A DNA stretch of 32,000 nucleotides from assembly GCA_016699955.1 (NCBI GenBank), contig CP064993.1:510001-542000 (forward strand). The letters run 5' to 3'. Positions 25,417 through 32,000 of this stretch are shown one piece after another (position 1 is the first letter of the stretch; each line of letters starts with the position of its first letter). The translations under genes and the position numbers were made by a program. The DNA is from Candidatus Saccharimonadota bacterium (GTDB lineage: Bacteria; Patescibacteriota; Saccharimonadia; Saccharimonadales; UBA4665). A model generated the notes under the pieces. It saw nothing but the letters and a program-made list of their open reading frames with translations, made no database searches and had not been told where the DNA came from.

Positions 25417-25813
25417 GGCTTAAGAACAAATCCGGACTGCTATTAGCCCATAAAATATAAATAACGGACAGCCATGGCCCGTCGTATATCCTAAAAGCAT
25501 GGTAAATGGCTCAAAGAACAAGACAGTGTGACAAAGCAATACTCACACCAGCGAACCAGACGAGCCTACTTCAGCCTAGTCAGAAACCTGCCTTACTTGT
25601 TCACGTACCAAGCAGATTACCTACAGGAATACACGACAGAAACTGGCAAGAAAGTAGCCAATACTACTAGCCCATTAGACGGTAGATTTGGTGTTTGGAA
25701 GGACAAGCTAATACCACATCGAGGCTGCTCGAAACAACGTACTATTACGATGCTTTGTAGTTTCTTCTCTGGGAGAACAGATTAGAGGAGCAGTCCAGAT
25801 TTGTTCTTAAGCC
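25417..25813. mobile_element. 397-bp MITE / internally deleted IS, tentatively ISL3-like
   Basis: 25-bp TIRs: GGCTTAAGAACAAATCCGGACTGCT (25417-25441) against the reverse complement of 25789-25813, matching at 24 of 25 positions. A perfect 8-bp TSD CTAAACTC lies at 25409-25416 and 25814-25821. Confidence 0.85.
25528..25785 (+). pseudogene. transposase C-terminal remnant inside the MITE
   Basis: ...ANTTSPLDGRFGVWKDKLIPHRGCSKQR resembles the TNGPLEG.N.KIK..KR motif of ISL3-type transposases. There is no DDE core. Confidence 0.4.
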
Positions 25814-25844
25814 CTAAACTCATACATCGGCATTGTAAGGGGGG

Positions 25845-25853
25845 TGGTAGAAT
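25845..25853 (+). promoter_or_regulatory. extended -10 TGgTAGAAT, 6 nt before ATG 25860
   Basis: The sequence reads ggggTGGTAGAATggtgttATG. Confidence 0.45.
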
Positions 25854-25859
25854 GGTGTT

Positions 25860-26399
25860 ATGAGTGACGACGAAATAGTGGATGTCGTAAATGAGCAGGG
25901 AATTGTTCAGCGCCAGGTTTTGAAGACGCAGGCGCATGAGCATGGGTGGTTGCATAAAACGGTCATCGGCTGCTTGCGGTATGGTGATGATTTTGCGCTT
26001 GTCCAGCAAGCAGCTGACCGCCAAGATGCTGGGCAATGGGTGAACCCCGTCGGAGGGCACGTGCAGGCTGGGGAATCCAACGATGCCGCGCTGCTGCGGG
26101 AGTGCGAGGAGGAAATCGGCACGCGTAACGTAACGCATACGTTGCTTGGCGTGGCTCGGTTCCACCGCCAAGTGATTGGGCGGGATGAAAACCACTTGTT
26201 TTATGTCTACGAAATCCGAACCGCCGACAAGATTATGCTTGGCTCAGAGGCGGTTGCTATACATACATTTTCTGTTCGCGAGCTCATACGGCTATGCGAA
26301 GAAGGGTCTGACATGCTCGGAGACGCCTACTACTTCGTCGTTGAGCGGTTTTTTCCGGAACTGTTACCAAAGGCATATGTGCCGAGGTTTTCGCCCTAA
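25860..26399 (+). CDS. NUDIX hydrolase
   Basis: Nudix box GGHVQAGESNDAALLRECEEEIG. Confidence 0.85.
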   Translation: MSDDEIVDVVNEQGIVQRQVLKTQAHEHGWLHKTVIGCLRYGDDFALVQQAADRQDAGQWVNPVGGHVQAGESNDAALLRECEEEIGTRNVTHTLLGVARFHRQVIGRDENHLFYVYEIRTADKIMLGSEAVAIHTFSVRELIRLCEEGSDMLGDAYYFVVERFFPELLPKAYVPRFSP

Positions 26400-26590
26400 C
26401 CAGCATTATCAGCACAGATTATTCAGTGTTCACTTCCTCCACCTTCCCTAAAACTCGCCCACAGGCTCGCTGACTTCGCTCATTGCGTCAAAAAGTAAGG
26501 AAAATCGGTGGTACCTACACGTATGTCGAGTTTATAACAGGGGTAGGTTTCCGCCAGGGTATATATATTATTCACATGATGCTTGTGGTT

Positions 26591-26599
26591 TGGTATAGT
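26591..26599 (+). promoter_or_regulatory. extended -10 TGgTATAGT, 6 nt before ATG 26606
   Basis: The sequence reads gtttGGTATAGTtagcatATG. Confidence 0.45.
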
Positions 26600-26605
26600 T
26601 AGCAT

Positions 26606-27223
26606 ATGATAAAAAATAACAATGCAGAACGGGGCTCTACGCAGTCCGATGAGAGCGCAGTAGTGATTGACACACATACGGCAAAGAGAAAACTTCGGGG
26701 AAAAAAGCGACCGCTGTTTGTCATAGCATGTTTCATTGTGGTTGCAGCCATAGCAGTAGGTGGTTATTTCCTGCTTGGGCGTCAAAAGACAGGCGACGAT
26801 AAAAAAAATAAGCCTCTCATTAGCGCAAATACTGTTCGCGAAACAACCGGCGGCACGCATGAGGTGCAGGATAGAGCAGAAGATTTGTGGCTAGCTGGTA
26901 AAAATGCCGAAGCGCAAAAACTGCTAGATGATGCCATTGCCAAATCGACCGACAAGGTGGCAAAAGGCAGCCTTTACGAGATGAAAGCCAAGCTTGCAGT
27001 CGATTCAAAAACCGCACTTGAGTACGCCGAAAAAGCCGAGAGCATACAGCCTACCGCCGGTTCCGCTCGGCTCGCGGCACAGCATGCGGAAACGCTGGGA
27101 AATAAGGTTCTCGCCTCCAGCTACTACGAAAAACTGCTCAACAGACTGTCTCCGGAACAGCGCGAGCTTGCCGGACCTGGCATACGACAAAAAATAGCGA
27201 CACTACGAGGTACACCGCAATGA
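26606..27223 (+). CDS. single-pass membrane protein with a TPR-like helical ectodomain
   Basis: TM helix LFVIACFIVVAAIAVGGYFLL followed by helical repeats (AEDLWLAGKNAEAQKLLDDAI..., ALEYAEKAESIQP..., ASSYYEKLLNRL). Its stop overlaps the next ATG (ATGA). Confidence 0.6.
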   Translation: MIKNNNAERGSTQSDESAVVIDTHTAKRKLRGKKRPLFVIACFIVVAAIAVGGYFLLGRQKTGDDKKNKPLISANTVRETTGGTHEVQDRAEDLWLAGKNAEAQKLLDDAIAKSTDKVAKGSLYEMKAKLAVDSKTALEYAEKAESIQPTAGSARLAAQHAETLGNKVLASSYYEKLLNRLSPEQRELAGPGIRQKIATLRGTPQ

Positions 27224-29574
27224 CTAAAGGTATATCAGCAACAAACACTGCTCGCCTGGCGGGCTTATTCCTAGGAGCCGTGCTGCTGGCTAGCTTCTTC
27301 TTTGGTGCAAAAGCGTTTGCTGCCTATGGCCGTACCAATATGTATGGCTACTTTCACAACAGATACTTAGCTGCAACTTGCTCTGGGGGGACGTGTAACT
27401 ACGGCCAGGTTATCAGCTGCGGGCTACTTGCAAATACAAGTTACTGCACAACAGAGTCGGGTATACCTGCTACTGCTTTAGCGGTTGGTGCCAGCGATAA
27501 AGAGGCCTACATAACATTTATCGAGAACACTTATTATGCGGGGGGGAGAGACGGCGTGGGGGCAGCGTTTGTCATTCAAACAATGCGTGGTGTAAGCGCA
27601 GTGGCTGGAAACCCGATAGCATTTCCCTCGGCTGCTGACATTCAAGACTGGAAAAACCGCATTCGTAACCCAAACATATCTATGTCGTACTCCCCGAGTA
27701 CGCCGTTTAACCTTAACAGCGGGTACCAGAAGTTCGTGGCAGAGCCTGATGACGCTTTTTGGCCAGACTCAGGAAATGCTTCGGCATATGTATTTCGTAA
27801 TAACGCTATAGCCGGTGCGCCGGTAGTGTATATGCTCAAGGTAAACTGCGGTAACCCTATAGGTGATTTACCGGGGCTGCCTGCTGCAGCGGTTGATTTG
27901 TGCGTCAATATAGCCGGTGACCAAATATCGGTGCCTCCTGGTATGGTGCGTGACGCGGCCGGTAATTGCTATGTTCCTGACGCACCCCCAAGCATTAACG
28001 TCGACAGGGTAGACTGTGCTACCAACACTATATCTGGTACAGCCAGTGACCCAGATTGGGGGGGAGAGATTCAGGTTCATGTGTATGTTGGCGGTCCGTA
28101 CGGCAGCGGAGCACCCGGTTGGATAGTTACGACAGTGGGGCACCGGTTTACTTTCAATGACTCTGATGCCGCCGGGATGGCTACGGCTGGACATACTTAC
28201 TATATATACGCCATAGGTGTCAATGCGTCGGGTACTAATAACGGAACGTCCACGGCATACAACGGGGGTGCTCCGGTAAGCATGGGACCGTGTAATTCGG
28301 CGCAGTGTGTGTTGCCGTCGAATTTCCCAGCTACAATGGGCGTGGGCGAAACGTACTACTTGAAGCCTCAAATCCTACTCACTTATGCATGGGCAATGCC
28401 GCCGTACACAACAGGGGCAACGGGAAGCGATTATAACCCAACCATGCATGTACGAATACGCAACGATTCAACGGGCGTAGTGGTGTATGATCAAGACGTT
28501 AAATACGATGCTGGTTCTCCTGTGGCTGGGCGTCTTTTGACAGCAAACCCAACCGGAACGGTCGGCGACCCTGGAATTGGATTTACGCCATTAACCGCGG
28601 GCCGATATGGTCTGGCGTGGTCGCTACGAGGAGCCGTGAGCGTTAACTGTGACGGTAGCGGTGCTGGTGGCGGCGGTGGCGGCGGTGACGGAGACGAAGA
28701 ACACGCTGACGCAGGCTATCGACCATACTTTGAGGTTGTCGGCGGAGATATTCTGTCTGGTGGCGACATACGTACTTGGAATCGTGATAATTCTGGAGGA
28801 GTGGGATACGGCGGTGGCGGAACGAGCCTAGCGGCGATAGCTACGGGCAATATCCAAAACTTTGTAACTGGCAAAGGACTTCCTGGCGGTGCAGCGACGC
28901 GAGGGGGCAGTGGCTTGGCGTTTGCCAATTCGACAGCGAGCGGTACGACTTATGGCGGTGGTTTTACAGTTTCTGCGTTTACGCCCGTGGTATCCGGCAC
29001 AACTTCGAACTGGGCAAGCAGCACGCTGAATCTTGGAGATCCGTTACTAGCAGACAACGCAACCTACTCACACGCCGGTGACCTAACGATTACGGGCCAG
29101 TTACCGACAGGCAAAAATATAACGGTTGTATTGACAAGCGGAAGCGCAATTATTGCCGGCAACACTACCTACGGTGCATATGCTAGCCCCGCAGAAATAC
29201 CACGGCTGACACTCGTTGTCCAAAGCGGCGACATATTTGTCGGCAGTGGTGTAACGGAGATGCACGGTGTTTACAGCGCAAGCGGTAACTTCTATAGCTG
29301 TGCATCTGGGACGACACCGTACGATTTGGCAGCCGTAGGAGCCTATGCCACCTGTCGCAATAAACTTACTGTACACGGAGCAGTGGCCGCCAACAGGCTT
29401 ATTCTGAGTCGTACGTACGGTTCCTTGGTGGCCGTGCCAGCTGCCGGTATACCCGCCAGCTCCGCCGAAGAATTTTTCTACAGCCCCGAGCTGTGGCTTG
29501 CAGAAGGTGGGAATACGGCCGCCGGTAGCAATGTTAGGTACGATTCATACGTTAGCTTGCCGCCAGTGCTTTAG
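27220..29574 (+). CDS. large secreted or surface multi-domain protein (784 aa), unknown function
   Basis: Signal/anchor sequence ARLAGLFLGAVLLASFFFGAKAFAA, a Cys-rich N-domain, a Cys-bracketed 23-aa motif, an Ig-like segment, a poly-Gly linker (GSGAGGGGGGGDGDEE), and a Gly/Thr/Ser-rich C-terminal region that looks beta-rich. Confidence 0.7.
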   Translation: MTKGISATNTARLAGLFLGAVLLASFFFGAKAFAAYGRTNMYGYFHNRYLAATCSGGTCNYGQVISCGLLANTSYCTTESGIPATALAVGASDKEAYITFIENTYYAGGRDGVGAAFVIQTMRGVSAVAGNPIAFPSAADIQDWKNRIRNPNISMSYSPSTPFNLNSGYQKFVAEPDDAFWPDSGNASAYVFRNNAIAGAPVVYMLKVNCGNPIGDLPGLPAAAVDLCVNIAGDQISVPPGMVRDAAGNCYVPDAPPSINVDRVDCATNTISGTASDPDWGGEIQVHVYVGGPYGSGAPGWIVTTVGHRFTFNDSDAAGMATAGHTYYIYAIGVNASGTNNGTSTAYNGGAPVSMGPCNSAQCVLPSNFPATMGVGETYYLKPQILLTYAWAMPPYTTGATGSDYNPTMHVRIRNDSTGVVVYDQDVKYDAGSPVAGRLLTANPTGTVGDPGIGFTPLTAGRYGLAWSLRGAVSVNCDGSGAGGGGGGGDGDEEHADAGYRPYFEVVGGDILSGGDIRTWNRDNSGGVGYGGGGTSLAAIATGNIQNFVTGKGLPGGAATRGGSGLAFANSTASGTTYGGGFTVSAFTPVVSGTTSNWASSTLNLGDPLLADNATYSHAGDLTITGQLPTGKNITVVLTSGSAIIAGNTTYGAYASPAEIPRLTLVVQSGDIFVGSGVTEMHGVYSASGNFYSCASGTTPYDLAAVGAYATCRNKLTVHGAVAANRLILSRTYGSLVAVPAAGIPASSAEEFFYSPELWLAEGGNTAAGSNVRYDSYVSLPPVL

Positions 29575-29634
29575 ACATATTAAGGAGTAATGTGTGGAAA
29601 AAATAAAAATGCTTGCTCTATCTCATAACGCTCA

Positions 29635-29643
29635 TGCTATAAT
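29635..29643 (+). promoter_or_regulatory. extended -10 TGcTATAAT, 9 nt before the pilM ATG
   Basis: The sequence reads ctcaTGCTATAATcgaagcaacATG. Confidence 0.5.
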
Positions 29644-29652
29644 CGAAGCAAC

Positions 29653-30693
29653 ATGAGTATATTGAGTGGGGTATCATCTTTCTTCGGGCTCGACATTGGG
29701 ACAACAGGCATCCGCATTGTTGAGCTTCGCGGTTCTGGTCCAACGAGAAGCCTGGTTAAGTATGCATACGTCCCGATAGACGTAAAGCTGGCTCAGAGTG
29801 ATAGTAAGGCTGACCAGCAGAAACTTGCACAGGTTCTCTCGAACCTCATATCTGAAGCTCGGCTATCGACTCGTAACGTCGCCGTTGGCCTACCAAGCAG
29901 TAAAGTCTTTACCACCGTTACAGATTTTGATCGTTTACCGCAAGCTGAAATGGGCAAGGCCATACGCTACCAGGCTGAGTCGCTCATACCAACTCCTCCG
30001 GCAGAAAGTAAAATCGATTGGGCAGTCACAGGTGACTCGCTAAAGGACAAAACGAAAGTTGAAATACTGCTAAGCAGTGTCAGTAACGGATACGTAGAAC
30101 AACGACTGGATATGATTGAGTCAATTGGTCTCAACGTCATTGCCTTTGAGCCTGACAACCTTGCTATATCTCGGGCACTGGTTCCGGCCGGAACCGTAGC
30201 GCCACAACTAGTACTTGACATGGGTCAGCTCAGCACCGACCTAGTTATTACCATGGGTGAGGCGCCTCGTCTGACACGGTCTATCCCAACAGGCGTCGAG
30301 GCGGTTGTTCGTTCCGCCACGCAAAATCTCAACATAGACGAGAAACAAGCACAACAATTTGTTTATAAGTTTGGCGTCAGTAAGGACAAGCTTGAGGGGC
30401 AGGTGTACCAAGCAATCATCGGTACCATAGACCTTCTGGTGAGTGAAATTGACAAGTCAGTTAAGTTTTTTCAAGCCCGGTACCCAGAGGTTCCGATTGA
30501 ACGCATGATTGTAACCGGTGGCGCGTCAACCATACCAGAATTCCCGCTTTATCTTGCAAATAAGTTTGGTGTCAATGTAGAAATTGGTAATGCTTGGAGA
30601 AACGTAGCATTTGCCGCAGATCGGCAAAATGAGCTTCTGGCTGTTTCAAATCTGTTTGGCGTAGCCGTAGGCTTGGCGGAGAGGAACGAGTAA
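29653..30693 (+). CDS. pilM: type IV pilus assembly protein PilM (actin-like ATPase fold)
   Basis: FFGLDIGTTGIRIVEL...LVLDMGQLSTDLVI...VTGGASTIPEFPLYLANKFG. Confidence 0.88.
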   Translation: MSILSGVSSFFGLDIGTTGIRIVELRGSGPTRSLVKYAYVPIDVKLAQSDSKADQQKLAQVLSNLISEARLSTRNVAVGLPSSKVFTTVTDFDRLPQAEMGKAIRYQAESLIPTPPAESKIDWAVTGDSLKDKTKVEILLSSVSNGYVEQRLDMIESIGLNVIAFEPDNLAISRALVPAGTVAPQLVLDMGQLSTDLVITMGEAPRLTRSIPTGVEAVVRSATQNLNIDEKQAQQFVYKFGVSKDKLEGQVYQAIIGTIDLLVSEIDKSVKFFQARYPEVPIERMIVTGGASTIPEFPLYLANKFGVNVEIGNAWRNVAFAADRQNELLAVSNLFGVAVGLAERNE

Positions 30694-31439
30694 TGGTTCA
30701 GTTTAATCTACTACCCGATATTAAGCTTGAGTTTGTTAAGGCTCGCCGCACAAAATACCTTATGATTGTTACGTCGCTTCTGGTTGGCGGAATAGCTATT
30801 TCTGTCTTTATCTTTGCGTTTTTGTTCGTGAATGTCGTACAAAAAAACACCCTCAGCGATTTACAGAAAGACATTAAGCAGTACAGCAATGATTTGAAAA
30901 ATGAGAAAAACCTAGACAAAATCTTAACCGTTCAAAATCAGCTGGGTGCGCTAACTAACTTACACCAGAAGAAACCGGTTGCAAGTCGGCTCTTTAGTTA
31001 CCTAACACAAATTACCCCAGATCAAGCCAGCTTGACAAAGCTGACTGTAGATTTTTCGCAGACAACCATGTCAATCGGCGGCAAGGCACCGACACTCGAC
31101 GCGGTTAGTGTATATACGGACACGCTAAAAGCAACCACGTACAAAATAGGTCCTGACGTTGCTCCAAAGTCCTTAAGCGACGTTTGTCCAAATATTGAAG
31201 GCGACCAAACAAGTGTTCCCGCACGGATGATGATTGATAAAGACTTCAACTGTGTTAGCGCGCCGAAAGCGTTTAGTACTGTTGTTTTGGAGAAATTTGG
31301 TCGTGACGATAAGGGCGCAACATTTAACATTACATTCAAATATAACCCAGACATTTTTGACGACACAAAAGCGGTGCAGCTCCTCGTACCTTCGGGTATA
31401 CAGACTAACCAGGCAAACTTATTTGAGGTTGGAGTATAA
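30693..31439 (+). CDS. pilN: PilN-like type IV pilus inner-membrane component with an inserted Cys-bracketed motif
   Basis: N-terminal FNLLPD, a TM helix, a coiled coil, ...ASLTKLTVDFSQTTMSIGGKAPTLDAVSVYTDTLK, then the insertion CPNIEGDQTSVPARMMIDKDFNC. Its start overlaps the pilM stop. Confidence 0.7.
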   Translation: MVQFNLLPDIKLEFVKARRTKYLMIVTSLLVGGIAISVFIFAFLFVNVVQKNTLSDLQKDIKQYSNDLKNEKNLDKILTVQNQLGALTNLHQKKPVASRLFSYLTQITPDQASLTKLTVDFSQTTMSIGGKAPTLDAVSVYTDTLKATTYKIGPDVAPKSLSDVCPNIEGDQTSVPARMMIDKDFNCVSAPKAFSTVVLEKFGRDDKGATFNITFKYNPDIFDDTKAVQLLVPSGIQTNQANLFEVGV

Positions 31440-31441
31440 CT

Positions 31442-32000
31442 ATGGCAGATGTGCTTTCTACAAAACGACTTCTCATAGACAAGGCTAACACTACTGTTGT
31501 GATAGCCGTAAGCTTGGCCGTGTTCTTATTTGTTTTTTCGGCAGTTTCCACAAAGACATTTATAAGTAAGGCTGGGTATCAAAACCGTGTCATTGCCGCC
31601 AAACGTGAAGCCCGCGAACAACTAAAGGATGACAAAGAAGCGGTCAAAAAACTCCGTAAGTCATACAATTCTTTTGTTAGTACGGATCCGAACTCTATCG
31701 GGGGAAGTCGCGGTGGACTGGATAAAAAAGACGGTGACAATACCAAAATTGTTCTCGATGCGTTGCCTAGCAACTATGATTTTCCAGCGCTTGCAACCAG
31801 CATGGAATCGCTTGTGGCGACCGAAGGAGTCAAGATAAATAGCTTCAATGGTACTGACGATGAAATTGCTCAGGCCGCAAATATTACAAGTACCAACCCT
31901 GTGCCGATTGGCATGCCGTTTGAACTCTCGGTTTCTTCTGACTACGGGAAAATTCAGGGCGTAATTACGGCCTTTGAAAAATCTATTCGTCCTATCGAAC
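31442..32000 (+). CDS. pilO: PilO-like type IV pilus component; 3' end lies beyond the window edge
   Basis: Absent from the ORF track because it runs off the window. Hand translation: MADVLSTKRLLIDKANTTVVIAVSLAVFLFVFSAVSTKTF...REAREQLKDDKEAVKKLRKS...ALPSNYDFPALATSMESLVATEGVKINSF... It shows a TM helix, a coiled coil and the usual pilMNO gene order. Confidence 0.6.
   Translation, partial: MADVLSTKRLLIDKANTTVVIAVSLAVFLFVFSAVSTKTFISKAGYQNRVIAAKREAREQLKDDKEAVKKLRKSYNSFVSTDPNSIGGSRGGLDKKDGDNTKIVLDALPSNYDFPALATSMESLVATEGVKINSFNGTDDEIAQAANITSTNPVPIGMPFELSVSSDYGKIQGVITAFEKSIRPIE

Noticed and set aside
25782-26195. A 137-aa minus-strand ORF.
   Set aside because: It is antisense to the NUDIX gene, which has a perfect Nudix box, and it starts inside the MITE terminal repeat.
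28655-28690. A GGTGGCGGC tandem repeat (poly-Gly codons) as a possible phase-variation tract.
   Set aside because: There are only about two 9-bp units, and they are in-frame, so slippage would merely change the linker length. It reads as a flexible hinge rather than an on/off switch.
1-32000. CRISPR arrays, rRNA or tRNA genes, and an alternative genetic code (UGA recoding as in SR1/Gracilibacteria).
   Set aside because: I saw no regularly spaced short repeats and no rRNA or tRNA signatures. TGA terminates the dinJ-like gene and gene 26606 at positions consistent with translational coupling, so the standard code applies.

Overview
This looks like a gene-dense chromosomal segment from a small-genome bacterium that uses the standard genetic code; TGA is a real stop at 24992-24994 and 27221-27223. 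The gene content and the unusual type IV pilus locus suggest a Patescibacteria/CPR (Saccharibacteria-like) organism, but that is inference from memory and no search was run. The housekeeping backbone is rpsO-pnp, a family-4 UDG, RNase J, ftsK, rpsF-rpsR-ssb, efp, tlyA, a Crp/Fnr regulator and ychF. Three accessory patches interrupt it. (1) 1-4055 holds an SGNH esterase and a beta-helix protein (the latter is absent from the ORF track because it runs off the window edge). Next to them, an IS481/IS3-like element is inserted into an older transposase remnant. (2) About 21.9-25.9 kb is an AT-richer island. It carries an atypical protein-kinase-fold gene, a 428-aa ORFan, a DinJ/YafQ-like toxin-antitoxin pair, a 397-bp MITE with 25-bp TIRs and an 8-bp TSD, and two ~140-bp direct repeats exactly 2091 bp apart that bracket the ORFan and TA genes. 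(3) 26.6-32 kb encodes a membrane-anchored TPR-like protein translationally coupled to a 784-aa secreted protein, immediately upstream of pilM-pilN-pilO. The secreted protein and PilN share a 23-residue Cys-bracketed motif. Across the window, many first-in-unit genes have a -10 box, often TGn-extended, only 6-10 nt before the ATG and no Shine-Dalgarno sequence, which implies leaderless mRNAs. I found no rRNA, tRNA or CRISPR array. All product calls rest on motif recognition by eye, not on database searches.
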